64,000 nt of DNA from Candidatus Bathyarchaeia archaeon (GCA_050015395.1 JBEKBM010000004.1:1-64000), one strand, 5' to 3'; counted from the first letter of the stretch, positions 46,879 through 58,104 are shown. The notes: generated by a model not told the origin, from the sequence alone. Made by a program: numbers and translations.

Positions 46879-47712
46879 TTGCCTAAGAAAAACCAAACCC
46901 TCCTCCTGCAAAACAAAGGCGAATTCACAAAATTCCAAATCCTCCTCGAAGTCATGCACAACCAACCCCACATAAAACAAAAAGACATCGCCGACGTAAT
47001 GGGAATCACCATACAAGCCATCTCAAAATACTTCAAAAAACTCACAAAAGAAGGGCTTCTTGAAGCGGGCTCTGGACGCGCAGACTACCATTTAACCCCA
47101 AAAGCAATAGGTAAACTTCATGATGACCTAAAGGGTCTGGAACGCTACGTTACCTCCATCAGAAGCGAAATGAAGATTGAACGCGCTCTGCCAGCCATAG
47201 CTACTCAACCCGTCAAAGCAGGGCAAACAGTCGGCTTAATCGTCAAAGAAGGCGTCACGTACACTGTTGACCCGAACAATCCAGTTACAGAAGCAAAAGG
47301 GATAGCCATGACAGACGCTGCGGTAGGAGAAGATTTGGGGCTAAGGAACCTGCAGGGCAAAATGAAACTTAAACAAGGCAAAATCCTCATCGTTAAGTTG
47401 CCCAGCATAAGACAAGGCGGCTCAAGGGCAGTAGACATCGAACAAGTCCAAACGCTCTATGAGGAGTTTAAGCCGGACAGGATAGCGGTCATGGGTGCAG
47501 TTGGCAGAGCAGTTCTGAACAAGCTGAAGCTGAAGGCAGACATCGAATTCGGCATCAGCCGTGCCGTCGCCATAGCAGCTTCAAGGGGGTTAAACGTATT
47601 TGTGCTTGTTGTGGGCAGAATGACCAACCGCATGACCCAGGAAATAGAAAATGTGAACATGAAAAGCGCAGCCAACATAAGCTACGAAGTAAGAGACGCA
47701 AAAACCCCCTAA
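46879..47712 (+). CDS. winged-helix transcriptional regulator (archaeal MarR-like)
   Basis: TKFQILLEV...QP..KQKDIA..MGITIQAIS.Y.KKL..EG; C-terminal AASRGL. Confidence 0.85.
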   Translation: MPKKNQTLLLQNKGEFTKFQILLEVMHNQPHIKQKDIADVMGITIQAISKYFKKLTKEGLLEAGSGRADYHLTPKAIGKLHDDLKGLERYVTSIRSEMKIERALPAIATQPVKAGQTVGLIVKEGVTYTVDPNNPVTEAKGIAMTDAAVGEDLGLRNLQGKMKLKQGKILIVKLPSIRQGGSRAVDIEQVQTLYEEFKPDRIAVMGAVGRAVLNKLKLKADIEFGISRAVAIAASRGLNVFVLVVGRMTNRMTQEIENVNMKSAANISYEVRDAKTP

Positions 47713-47864
47713 CCCCAACTCACCTCGCGAAGTGACGTGAACGTTACTTTTTTTTTATCGCGCGCTTGGTACTTTCTGATCAAAGAGGCGAAGGCATCTT
47801 CCACATCTTGATTTTCCAGACCGCGCCAGCTTGTGGAAGCCTTGGTTGTGTTAATTTCATTATT

Positions 47865-48512
47865 CTATCCCGCAAAAATTATGTAGATTCCAATTGCAGC
47901 AATGACAAAGCCCACAATAGAATCGTTGTATTTCTCAGGGACATGCTCAAACGTTTTGGCAAGTCCCTTGGCGCCAACTTGAACGAGAACCAATTGAGAC
48001 AGAATTGAAGTTACGACAAAGATGATGAGAAGATAGACTGCAAATAGCAGACCAACTGTGATGGAAGCTAGGAAGATGGGAGTGATGCTTAGATCGGGAG
48101 AAAGTGCAGCTCCAAGAACAGCAAAGTAACCAATTCCATTTAGTCTCGACGCATTCTTTTTTTCCTTCTCAAGTAATTTCTCCCCCGGGGTAATCTCTTC
48201 TTTCTTTTTAGACACAAGAGCCCTGACACCGATGAAAAGTCCAACTGCAAGCATTATGAATCCAACAGCGTATGAAATGTAGGAAGAGATCAGCCTTGAA
48301 AACAAAAGTCCTGCTACAGCGATTCCAAATCCCAACGCCGCCGAAAGAACTGCGTGACCCGACGCTGTTACAAGTGATATGCCGAACAATTTTTTACTAT
48401 TCCAACCCGACTCTCGGCTCAGAATGCAGAGAGTAACCCAGTGGTCTGGAGCTGACATATGCAAAACTCCAACAAGCGCCGCCCCAACCAGCAAAGGCCA
48501 AATGTCAGTCAT
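47865..48512 (-). CDS. Ni/Co transporter-like membrane protein
   Basis: LH...PDHW in TM1, GH in TM2, six TM helices. Confidence 0.65.
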   Translation of the reverse strand: MTDIWPLLVGAALVGVLHMSAPDHWVTLCILSRESGWNSKKLFGISLVTASGHAVLSAALGFGIAVAGLLFSRLISSYISYAVGFIMLAVGLFIGVRALVSKKKEEITPGEKLLEKEKKNASRLNGIGYFAVLGAALSPDLSITPIFLASITVGLLFAVYLLIIFVVTSILSQLVLVQVGAKGLAKTFEHVPEKYNDSIVGFVIAAIGIYIIFAG

Positions 48513-48820
48513 GTGAAACTTATCAACCTGCGCAGTTCACAAATTAGCTTTACGCCTGTCCTTTAAGCTTTGTTGCATTAATAGGCAAATTCCACAAATC
48601 AGAAACGATTGTACCTATGAACTCTGAAGAGGAAATTGAAGAATCCATCGAGGATTATCTTAACGCCAACAAGAACCTGACTTATAACACCCAAAACAAA
48701 ACCGCTCGTCACCCGACTATTGTACCGGAACCGTCAGAGCAGGTCAGCTATAAAATTAGTGAGAAACTTGCAACTAGCCTTAAGTAAAAATTTAATTAAA
48801 AAAGAGTATAAGGCGGTTAA

Positions 48821-51037
48821 TTACTCCGATTCAAAGTACTCTTCTGGTTTCGGCGGAACCGGTGGCAAACCTCTGCGTTCACGAATCTTTTTTATTGTGT
48901 CAGCTTGCAACTGCTCTGGAACTGGTGCCCAACGGCTAAACTGTGTCGCCCAGAAAGCTCTACCCGAAGTGGAACCGCGCAATTCATCAGCGATGCCGAA
49001 ACTTTCGGAAACTGGCATTTCAGCTTTAACAGTAATCATATCTTCTTCCGATGGCATGTCTAAGATTTTGCCGCGTCGCTTGTTAAGTAAAGTGATAACG
49101 GAACTGACGAATTCGCTTGGAACCTTGCATTCGAAACTTAAGAGCGGCTCAAGCAGTTTTGGATCGCTCAGCAGTATAGCGCAGTATATTGGTCTCCAAG
49201 TCATTGGGATAGCCTGTGCTGGGCCTCTGTGAACCGGGTCTTCATGGAGCGTAATATCTTCAAGGTTGATTTTTAAGCCGTAAGCTGGTTCTTTAGCTAA
49301 AGGTGAAGTGTGCACAGCCTCGCGGAACCCAGTTTTAACGTGGTCAAGGACCTCCTCCACGTACTGTCTTCCTCTAATACGATTGCAAAGAATGTTGTTT
49401 TCTTCAACACATACTGCACCTTTAGCTTCGTCCGGTGCCCAACCTAACGAACGTAGTATTTTAGTTCGTTCATCTTTATTCTGTATGTCATTAATTTTAT
49501 CAGACTTTATTGCTTCAATCACTTCATCTGACAGTTTCTCAATAGTTATCCAAAGTTTATTGTGTTTGTTGGGGCTTTTACCCATTATTGCCGGACCACG
49601 ATAATCGTGACTTATGGTTTCTCGGTAATTAACAATTGGTTTGCTTAGTTTAACTTTCAAGCCTGCTTCCTGCATGCGGTAAGCGGTGATTTCAAGGTGA
49701 AGCTCACCCATACCTGACAGGAGGAATTCGCCGCTTTCCTTGTTCATAATGAAGTGCAGGTTAGGGTCTTCTGTTGTAAGTTTGTGCATGACTTTATCAA
49801 ACAATGGCAGGTCTTTGACGTCTTCTGGTTCAACAGCTACTGTTACGACTGGGTCTGAAACGTATCTTAAGCCTTCAAACGAGTGCACCTCTGCACCGTC
49901 TTCAGCAATAGTTTCGCCGACATGTATGGCTGGTAAACCTGAAATCGCGCCGATGTTGCCTGCTGGAACACGGTCAATGATCACTCGGTCTGTTGCCATA
50001 CTCATGAAAACCTGCTGTATAGTGCCCTTCTGGCTACTGCTTACAAGTTGGACTACTTTTCCTCTGGTGACTGAACCACTGAAAATTCTGCCGATTGCAA
50101 CTGTTCCGCTGTGTGGATCAACTTCAATTGTGGATATGCACATGAGCAAAGGAGCATTCGGGTCCACTTTCGCCATGCCTTGTCCTGTTGGACTGCTGAC
50201 GTCTCCTGGCCAAATCTGAGGTTGTCTGTATGGTTGCGCTTGATAAGGATTAGGTAAGTGCTTGCAGAACATGTCCAAAATCGGTTCATGTAATGATGCT
50301 CTCTTGCTTAATTCATCAACTTTTCTCCCAACATCCTCAGGTGCACCAGTGTAAGCGTCAATGATATCTTGGAAGGTAACTTTCTTCAGTTTCATATAGT
50401 CAACGTTCAAACCCCATTTATGAAGCGCTGAACCAAAAGCCACACGACCATCTTCAACTGTGACCTGCCAATCCTTCTTGTGCTCCGCAGGTGCATACTT
50501 CTCAATTAAATTGTTTACTCTCATGAGAATCTTAGCGAATTTTCTTTGAATCTCCTGAGGCGTAAGCTTAATTTCCTTTATGAGCCTGTCAACCTTGTTT
50601 ATGAAAAGAATTGGTTTTACACGTTCACGCAAAGCCTGCATCAGGACAGTTTCTGTTTGAGTCATGGGTCCTTCAACGGCATCCACAACCACAAGTGCAC
50701 CGTCAACTGCTCTGAGACTTCTTGTTACTGCACCAGAAAAGTCAATGTGCCCAGGCGTATCGATGAGGTTGATGAGGTAATCTCGGTTATTGTAAGTGTG
50801 GACTAGGCTAACGTTTGAAGCGAAAACGGTCATTTGGCGTTTCTGCTCAAGATCCCATGAGTCAAGGAACAATTTTTGTCCAGCCGTTTGCGTGCTGATA
50901 ATGCCTGCCGCGGCTAGAAGGCTGTCGGAGAGAGTGGTTTTTCCATGGTCAACGTGCGCGATGATGCTGGTGTTGCGTATAATTTCTGGGTTGTCCATCA
51001 GTTTAACAATTTCATCTGTTTGCCTATAACGCGCCAT
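48821..51037 (-). CDS. fusA: elongation factor EF-2, probably the aEF-2 paralog
   Basis: AHVDHGKTT, DTPGH, NKVD, GMGELHLE, SPNKHN, HEDPVHRG, LLEP; switch I RQMT instead of RGIT; not next to rps12/rps7. Confidence 0.92.
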   Translation of the reverse strand: MARYRQTDEIVKLMDNPEIIRNTSIIAHVDHGKTTLSDSLLAAAGIISTQTAGQKLFLDSWDLEQKRQMTVFASNVSLVHTYNNRDYLINLIDTPGHIDFSGAVTRSLRAVDGALVVVDAVEGPMTQTETVLMQALRERVKPILFINKVDRLIKEIKLTPQEIQRKFAKILMRVNNLIEKYAPAEHKKDWQVTVEDGRVAFGSALHKWGLNVDYMKLKKVTFQDIIDAYTGAPEDVGRKVDELSKRASLHEPILDMFCKHLPNPYQAQPYRQPQIWPGDVSSPTGQGMAKVDPNAPLLMCISTIEVDPHSGTVAIGRIFSGSVTRGKVVQLVSSSQKGTIQQVFMSMATDRVIIDRVPAGNIGAISGLPAIHVGETIAEDGAEVHSFEGLRYVSDPVVTVAVEPEDVKDLPLFDKVMHKLTTEDPNLHFIMNKESGEFLLSGMGELHLEITAYRMQEAGLKVKLSKPIVNYRETISHDYRGPAIMGKSPNKHNKLWITIEKLSDEVIEAIKSDKINDIQNKDERTKILRSLGWAPDEAKGAVCVEENNILCNRIRGRQYVEEVLDHVKTGFREAVHTSPLAKEPAYGLKINLEDITLHEDPVHRGPAQAIPMTWRPIYCAILLSDPKLLEPLLSFECKVPSEFVSSVITLLNKRRGKILDMPSEEDMITVKAEMPVSESFGIADELRGSTSGRAFWATQFSRWAPVPEQLQADTIKKIRERRGLPPVPPKPEEYFESE

Positions 51038-51647
51038 AATTATTCAGTCTCCTTTTTGATTATATTTGTAATTTTAAATGTTTGTTTTTTAATTATATGT
51101 AGCATTTTAGTAATCTCTCGAAAGTGATAAGCTACATGGAAAGTGAATTTGTAGCCTATTAACTTTATGGCATGCTTTTTTGAAACACTTTGGAAATTAA
51201 CAATTGCATAATCAGCCGCAATCATATTTTTCTTTCAAGCAATTTGGCAATAATTGCCAATTTAGCTTCATCTGGCTAACGAGTGAGCGGTTGATTGTAC
51301 TTTGCAAGTTGGTTAAGCCTAGTTCGCAAAAAAGGATAAAAAGGCTCGATTTTTCTTATAAGAAAATAATGAATTTGAAATGGGAAAAAGAATTGAATGA
51401 ATAAGAAAGCTGTTGTCTGGTTAAAATTTGCTAAATCGCGGTTAAAGTCAGCTTTGCGCCCGATTAGTTTAAATTCAACAATCAACAATAAAACGAAAAA
51501 TAGTCTAAAAATGACGGCAATTAAGTTAAACCGCTGAGGATATGAATGTGTTCTCAATCAATTCCAGTCGAGGATATGAATATTTAGTTAAGTCTTTAGC
51601 ATTAATTTTACTCTCTTATTATGAGGTTGCTATATAACTAGTCAATC

Positions 51648-54449
51648 TTGAGGTTTGGCGGAGTTTATTTGGAAAAAGCTGCATCTATGCCAATTAACGA
51701 GGTCTTCGACGACCTAAGGGCATCACCCAATGGTTTGACAAGCGAAGAGGCTAAACTTCGCGTAACAAAATACGGCTACAACCAACTTTCCGAAAAAAGG
51801 CAAATACCCTTCATTCACAAATTCATCAGACACCTTCGAGACTTATTCGGCATCCTGTTGCTTGTCGCAAGCATTTTATCTTACATAAGCGGCAGTCCAG
51901 AACTTGCCTTAATCATACTTGCAGTTGTTTTCGTAAACATTTTTGTAAGCATGTTCCAAGAGTCCCGTGCAGAAAAAGCTATGGCAACCCTCAAAAGCTG
52001 GATGCCAGAGTTTGCCAAAGTAATCCGAGACGGAGAACTCAAAAAAATCTCAGTCAGAGAAATTGTCCCCGGAGACATCATATCTCTGGAAGAAGGCGAC
52101 CGTGTACCAGCGGACGCACGCTTAATTGAAGCTTTTGACTTATGGACCAATAACGTCCCCTTAACAGGCGAGTCGGAACCGCAACCGCGCGTTGCCGAAG
52201 TCGTGAAAACAGTTGAGAAAGCCTACGTGTATGCGCCAAACCTCGTTTTCATGAGCACAAGCGTCGCCAAAGGTCAAGGAAAAGCAGTTGTTTACTCAAC
52301 AGGAATGAATACCCAGTTTGGAAGAATCGCTAATTTAACTCAGACAATCCATGAAGAAGAAAGCCCGCTCCAGAAAGAAATCGCTTTAACAGCAAAGTAC
52401 GATTTCATAATTGCCGTTGCCGTTGGCGCAATATTTTTTGCCGCTAGTTTTCTTTTCTTACATGTCACTTTGGCTACAAGCATTTTCTTCATGATTGGGG
52501 TAATGGTGGCTTGCGTTCCTGAAGGGTTACAAGTCACCGTTTCCAGCGCCTTAGCCATCAACGTTCTAAAAATGGTACGGCAGAACGTTTTGGTAAAACG
52601 GTTATCAGCCGTGCAAACCTTGGGCAGCGTCACCGTAATCTGCACGGACAAGACAGGCACAATAACCAAAGGTGAAATGACTGTAAACAAGCTGTGGGTG
52701 TACGACTACGTTGTGGACGTTTCTGGCTTAGGCTATAAGCCTGAAGGCGATTTCACCGTAAACGGTCAGCTATTGCAGGAAGGTCAAACAGGTTCTCTGG
52801 AGAAGCTTATTGAGATTGCTGCACTCTGCAACGGAGCGAAGCTCGATCCTCCTTCGGATAGAAACAGAAATTGGAGTGTGATAGGTGACCCAACTGACGG
52901 CGCTTTGCTTGTTGCCGCACTTAAATCGAACGTGAACGTTCAGAATGCTTTAGATGAGAAACCGATTGTGCATGTTTTACCGTTCAGTTTTGAGCGGAAA
53001 CGCATGAGTACCGTTCACAAGCTGAACGGTGACGTTTACATTTATACAAAAGGCGCTCCAAGGAACATCCTGGACATCTGCAGCAAAGTGCTTGTTGACG
53101 GCAAAGTTGAAGAATTAAACGAAGAAAACATGACGATTATTGAATCAAGGATTCACGAGTTTGCCAATCAAGGCTTGCGAGTCATAGCTGTAGCATACAA
53201 GGAAATACCCAAAAGCACATACAACAAAGACGAAGCAGAAAAAGACCTAATTTTCGTCGGCTTGGCTGCAATGCGTGATCCTCCACGAACAGAAGTTAAA
53301 GATGCCGTTTTGGAGGCAAAGCAAGCAGGAGTGAAAACCGTAATAATCACAGGGGACTATGGTCCGACTGCGCAGGCTATTGCTCAAGAGGCTGGAATTG
53401 TCGAGCGGCAATGTTGCCAGATTATTCGCGGCGTGGACTTGGAAGATTTAAGCGACCAAGCCATCGTAAACGAAGTTCGCAAAGGCAATGTGATTTTTGC
53501 TCGTGTTTCACCTGAACAGAAACTTCGCATAGTTAAAGTGCTCAAAAAGAGCGGAGAAATCGTCGCAGTAACTGGTGACGGAGCAAACGATGCACCTTCG
53601 CTTAAGGAAGCGGACATCGGCGTTGCCATGGGTGCGTCAGGCACAGATGTGGCTCGTGAAGCCGCCGACATTGTTTTGCTCAATGATAGCTTTGCATCCA
53701 TTGTGAAAGCCATTGAGTCCGGCCGTGCAATTTATGAAAATATCCGCAAGTTTATTGTTTATGTGTTTTCGCATAACTGGGCTGAACTGATTCCGTTCAT
53801 ACTGTACGCAGTGTTAGGCATCCCTTTGCCGCTGCTTGTACCGCAAGTGTTAGCCATTGACCTTGCCATTGACGTTATTCCTTCATTGGCTTTAAGCCGT
53901 GAACCTCCTGAAGCAGGGATCATGCAGGAGCCACCTAGAAGCATCAAGGAGAGACTGTTTACCCGTAAGGTTCTGCTACGATCAGTGTTCATCGGAGTCA
54001 TCATTGCCACAGGAGCTATGATCGGGTGTCTTAACGCTTGGGCTGCGGGCGGATGGCACTTCGGAATGGCATTAACAAGTACAAGTTCATTTTACACTAG
54101 CGGAGTTTACGCCAAAGGTGTAACTATGACTTTCGCTGGCATAGTAGTAGCTCAAGCAGGCAACGTCTTAGCATGTCGAACCAGCAAGCGATCAATCTTC
54201 AAGACAAGCTTGAAAACCAACAAGTGGATAATCTTCGGCATCACCGCGCAAATCGGAATCCTCTCACTACTCATCTACCTTCCAGTAATGCAGCACATCT
54301 TCACAACAACAGCGCTCTCCCTAAGCAACTGGGCATTTCTAGTGTCACTGGCTGTAATCGTTGTTTTCGCTGAGGAAATCAGAAAGTTCTTCAGTCGCAA
54401 ATTCACTAAAACCAGTGCTGAAGCACTTAAGCTGCATGACCACACTTAA
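51648..54449 (+). CDS. cation-transporting P-type ATPase (P2 type)
   Basis: LTGES, VPEGL, DKTGT, KGAP, DPPR, TGD, GDGANDAP. Confidence 0.95.
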   Translation: MRFGGVYLEKAASMPINEVFDDLRASPNGLTSEEAKLRVTKYGYNQLSEKRQIPFIHKFIRHLRDLFGILLLVASILSYISGSPELALIILAVVFVNIFVSMFQESRAEKAMATLKSWMPEFAKVIRDGELKKISVREIVPGDIISLEEGDRVPADARLIEAFDLWTNNVPLTGESEPQPRVAEVVKTVEKAYVYAPNLVFMSTSVAKGQGKAVVYSTGMNTQFGRIANLTQTIHEEESPLQKEIALTAKYDFIIAVAVGAIFFAASFLFLHVTLATSIFFMIGVMVACVPEGLQVTVSSALAINVLKMVRQNVLVKRLSAVQTLGSVTVICTDKTGTITKGEMTVNKLWVYDYVVDVSGLGYKPEGDFTVNGQLLQEGQTGSLEKLIEIAALCNGAKLDPPSDRNRNWSVIGDPTDGALLVAALKSNVNVQNALDEKPIVHVLPFSFERKRMSTVHKLNGDVYIYTKGAPRNILDICSKVLVDGKVEELNEENMTIIESRIHEFANQGLRVIAVAYKEIPKSTYNKDEAEKDLIFVGLAAMRDPPRTEVKDAVLEAKQAGVKTVIITGDYGPTAQAIAQEAGIVERQCCQIIRGVDLEDLSDQAIVNEVRKGNVIFARVSPEQKLRIVKVLKKSGEIVAVTGDGANDAPSLKEADIGVAMGASGTDVAREAADIVLLNDSFASIVKAIESGRAIYENIRKFIVYVFSHNWAELIPFILYAVLGIPLPLLVPQVLAIDLAIDVIPSLALSREPPEAGIMQEPPRSIKERLFTRKVLLRSVFIGVIIATGAMIGCLNAWAAGGWHFGMALTSTSSFYTSGVYAKGVTMTFAGIVVAQAGNVLACRTSKRSIFKTSLKTNKWIIFGITAQIGILSLLIYLPVMQHIFTTTALSLSNWAFLVSLAVIVVFAEEIRKFFSRKFTKTSAEALKLHDHT

Positions 54450-54561
54450 ACGGATATGCATAGCCGTAGTATATGCAATTAGTGGTTGATTGTAGCTTTT
54501 AACGTAACTCTCTTGGCATTTCTTGAAAGGTTTTTATTAGGTCAGCGGCAATGTAGATTTA

Positions 54562-55449
54562 ATGTCGGGCAAACAATTTTTCATAGACCGCTACGCAGAA
54601 CTTGGCTGGAAATTTAAGGAAACAGAGCTCAGGCAATCAATACGGATAAACAAAACAAACGCTAAAAGCAAAAACCTCCCGGAAAGGCTCCATAGTTTAG
54701 GAGTTGCGCTTGAGAAAATACCCTTTTTGCCAGAGGGGTATTGGATAGCCAAATCAAAGGTTTCAGCTGGCGCCACAGCCGAATACCTGCTTGGCATGTA
54801 CTCTATTCAGGAGGCAGCCGCGCAAATTCCCGCCACACTCTTCACCGCATTGCACGGCAAAATGGTGCTGGATGGATGTGCGGCGCCAGGAGGAAAAACC
54901 GTTCAACTTGCCGACCTCATGGAGAATAGCGGTGCCATAATAGCCTTAGATGCGAGTAAGCAGCGGTTAGTGGTGATGGCAAACCATTTAGAGCGTTGCC
55001 ACGTCAGCAACACAATCATCTATAATCTAGATGCACGGCAAGCCACAAAACTGAACCGCACGTTTAACCGCATACTGTTGGATGTTCCCTGCTCAGGCAA
55101 CTTCGCTTCTGACAGCCAATGGTTTTACCGAAGAACACTCGCCGACCTAGAGCAGAACTCGAAGGTGCAACGGGAAATTCTATCTGAGGCTGTAAAATGT
55201 TTAGCGTCAGAAGGCGAAATGGTTTATTCTACCTGTTCGCTGGAGCCCGAGGAAGACGAGTTAAACATGGATTGGGCTGTCAAAAACTTGGGGCTGCAGA
55301 TTCAGCACATTGATTGTATTGGGGTAAATGGGTTAACTGAGGTTTTTGGCAGAAAACTTGACTCTCAAGTTGCCAATTGCAGAAGAATCTGGCCTGAGAA
55401 AACACAGGGTTTCTTTGTATGTAAACTAAGAAAGGTGCCAGTGCAATGA
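54562..55449 (+). CDS. RsmB/NOP2 family RNA m5C methyltransferase
   Basis: IQE, D.CAAPGGKT, LDVPCSG, YSTCS. Confidence 0.92.
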   Translation: MSGKQFFIDRYAELGWKFKETELRQSIRINKTNAKSKNLPERLHSLGVALEKIPFLPEGYWIAKSKVSAGATAEYLLGMYSIQEAAAQIPATLFTALHGKMVLDGCAAPGGKTVQLADLMENSGAIIALDASKQRLVVMANHLERCHVSNTIIYNLDARQATKLNRTFNRILLDVPCSGNFASDSQWFYRRTLADLEQNSKVQREILSEAVKCLASEGEMVYSTCSLEPEEDELNMDWAVKNLGLQIQHIDCIGVNGLTEVFGRKLDSQVANCRRIWPEKTQGFFVCKLRKVPVQ

Positions 55450-55922
55450 GACCGTATGAAGTTTTTGCTTCTCGTTTTGGAGCCAAAGTCGCCTTTAACT
55501 CCCAGTTTATACTCGAAAAGAGCCAACGTTATTATCTTTTGAATCCTCGCCTGAAAAAAGTTGGGCAAGAGGACTTTTTTTATGCTGGCTTGTACCTTGG
55601 CAAAGTGGGCAAGAACGGGGGTTTCTTTCCAAGCTTCAACCTGTTGAATATGCTTGTGGATGTAGCAGCGAATAAAATTGTGGTTGATCGGAAGGCGGCT
55701 TGGCTTTTCATCTGCGGAAGAGATGTTTTTCGAACGGGAATAGTGAAGGTGATGGGGTCTAAACGTAAGGGCGATGCTGCTTTGGTGCTTAATGAGTTCG
55801 GTGAATGTCTTGGCTTTGGCTCGATAATGGATATTTTAAATGAGTCGGAGGGAAAGGTTGCAGTTAAAAACGTGTTAGATATTGGGGATTTTCTGCGAAG
55901 AGAAACAAGAGGAAAATTCTAG
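55446..55922 (+). CDS. NIP7/PUA-domain ribosome biogenesis protein
   Basis: GLYLG, WLFICGRD, N...ECLGFG, DIGDFLRRE; overlaps the NOP2 stop. Confidence 0.82.
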   Translation: MRPYEVFASRFGAKVAFNSQFILEKSQRYYLLNPRLKKVGQEDFFYAGLYLGKVGKNGGFFPSFNLLNMLVDVAANKIVVDRKAAWLFICGRDVFRTGIVKVMGSKRKGDAALVLNEFGECLGFGSIMDILNESEGKVAVKNVLDIGDFLRRETRGKF

Positions 55923-56091
55923 CTTTTCCATATTCAATAAATCTTTCAGTTTGTGTGAACGCATCTAATTTTTAAATCAGCTTGATTGCCTTAGAAAATT
56001 CGTTTTGCATAGTGAACGTTTATTCAAACATTTTGGGGATAAGCTTATATATGTTTACGTTTTAAGTGGATTCTAAAACATATGATTTAAT

Positions 56092-57564
56092 ATGGTGAAA
56101 GTCATGGATGAACAAGTAAAGAAAGCAATTGAAACTCTCAAAGCAAATAATATTCGATGGGTGCATTCGGCATTTGTCGATGTTCGAGGTATACTTCAAG
56201 ACATGGTTTTGCCTGCAAGAGAATATCTGAGCGGTGCAGCCTTCACTGAAGGTGTAGGCTTCGACGGATCCTCAGTGCGCGGCTTCAAGTCAATTGAAGA
56301 ATCAGACATGATTTTTATGCCAGACGCAAAGACACTCGCCATCATGCCCTGGGTAACTGATGAAGCTCAAAAAAGCGCAATCATACTCGGTGACGCTTTG
56401 GAGGCTTTCGGCGGAAAAGAGCCTTCTGTTGTCTGCCCAAGAGGTTACGTAGCAAAAAGAGCTATAAAAGCAGCTAAAGACATGGGATACACTGGAATTT
56501 TCGCTCCTGAACTTGAACACTTCGTCTTCTCCTCAATTGATCCAACTAAGCTGACATGGGACCTTTGGGTTAGCCCAAAAGGCGGCGAAGGAGACTCATG
56601 GGGTGCACCACGCGTTGTGCCTAATTCCCAAGAAATAACCCCTGGTGGCTTCGTCCTAAGACCCAAAGAAGCCTACTACCGAACCCCGCCTGAAGACACA
56701 ACCGTCGAATACAGAAACGAAGTCTCGCAGGTACTTGAAGACAACTTTGGATTAACAATTGAGAAACATCACCATGAAGTAGCCACAGTCGGACAAGTAG
56801 AAATCGACTATAAATACGGAGAACTCCTTGACACAGCTGACAGAGCAATATACTACAAGTTTGTCGCTAAAAACATCGCGAAAAAACACGGTTTAATCGC
56901 CACATTCATGCCAAAACCAATCTATCTAGACAATGCAAGCGGTATGCACGTCCACTCAAGCATATGGAAGGACGGCAAAAACGCAATGTATGACGGAGAA
57001 GATGACTACGCAGAACTCAGCCAAATAGGCAGATACTACGTTGGAGGCATACTTGCCCACGCTAAAGCCTTAACTGCAGTGTGTTGTCCAACTGTCAGCA
57101 GTTACAAGCGACTTGTGCCAGGCTTCGAAGCTCCAATATACGTCATGTGGTCCAGAGCTAACAGGTCTGCACTCGCGCGCATTCCTATGTACTATAAAGG
57201 TCCTTCGCATGCAGCACAAAAGCGTGTTGAATATCGAGGCGTAGATCCATCATGCAACCCATACCTAGCATTCGCATGCATCATGATGGCTGGTTTTGAC
57301 GGAATCAAAAAGAAGATTGATCCAGGCGATCCGGTTGACGAAGACGTTTACAAACTCAGCAAAGCAAAACGCAAAGAGCTAGGCATAAAAGAACTCCCGA
57401 CAACGCTCAAAGGCGCGTTAGATGAAATGGAAAGCGACGAAGTCATAAAAGAAACCTTGGGCATCCATGTTTTCGACGCGTTCATTGAGCTGAAAACAAA
57501 CGATTGGAACCAGTACTGCCTGTACGTTTCACCTTGGGAAATAATGAAGTACCTCGACTATTAA
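56092..57564 (+). CDS. glnA: glutamine synthetase type I
   Basis: FDGSS, ESDM, PELE, HHHEV, TFMPKP, GMHVH, SYKRLVPGFEAP, NRS, VEYR.VDP. Confidence 0.95.
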   Translation: MVKVMDEQVKKAIETLKANNIRWVHSAFVDVRGILQDMVLPAREYLSGAAFTEGVGFDGSSVRGFKSIEESDMIFMPDAKTLAIMPWVTDEAQKSAIILGDALEAFGGKEPSVVCPRGYVAKRAIKAAKDMGYTGIFAPELEHFVFSSIDPTKLTWDLWVSPKGGEGDSWGAPRVVPNSQEITPGGFVLRPKEAYYRTPPEDTTVEYRNEVSQVLEDNFGLTIEKHHHEVATVGQVEIDYKYGELLDTADRAIYYKFVAKNIAKKHGLIATFMPKPIYLDNASGMHVHSSIWKDGKNAMYDGEDDYAELSQIGRYYVGGILAHAKALTAVCCPTVSSYKRLVPGFEAPIYVMWSRANRSALARIPMYYKGPSHAAQKRVEYRGVDPSCNPYLAFACIMMAGFDGIKKKIDPGDPVDEDVYKLSKAKRKELGIKELPTTLKGALDEMESDEVIKETLGIHVFDAFIELKTNDWNQYCLYVSPWEIMKYLDY

Positions 57565-57792
57565 GTTGAAGTATTTCTACTTCTTCTCTTTCTTTTAGCA
57601 TCTAAACTCGCATAAAATAAAGTAAATGTTTTCTAAACTCCAAGAAAGCTTTGGATTCTTCTCTAAAGCAATGAGTCTCATCAAATTGGCATATACAAGT
57701 AATAATGCGGCTCTAATCGTTGGCTTTGTAAAGTTATATTTTTTTTAAATTCTCTTTTTCTGAAGGAGGGAAAAATAAAAGTAAAAAAAGGT

Positions 57793-58104
57793 TTAGGCCA
57801 GTGTCTCTTCAAGGTCGGCTTCTTGTTTGTGTTGTGTTTCGGTTTTTTGTGTTTCTATTTCTTTTTCGGTTTCTGATTTTAGTGCGCGTGAGATAAGGAA
57901 TGCCACTGCGAATGAAAGAACGGCGGCGACTAGGAACGGCAACATTGCTGTTACGACGCTATATTCAAATAAGCTCGTAGGAGCGGCTGACGAATACAGT
58001 ACCTTACTCAATTCGTAACTTATTACTCCGGCCAATACCGTAAAAACTATGAATATTATGCCGGATACATTGGCGATTTTGTTTATGATTCTCCAGTTAT
58101 TCAT
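57793..58104 (-). CDS. small membrane protein
   Basis: two TM helices and charged tail; GGTGA upstream. Confidence 0.6.
   Translation of the reverse strand: MNNWRIINKIANVSGIIFIVFTVLAGVISYELSKVLYSSAAPTSLFEYSVVTAMLPFLVAAVLSFAVAFLISRALKSETEKEIETQKTETQHKQEADLEETLA

Noticed and set aside
51040-51640. Possible metal or fluoride riboswitch before the P-type ATPase, and short ORFs in this gap
   Set aside because: No yybP-ykoY or crcB consensus recognised; the ORFs look like low-complexity AT-rich frames.
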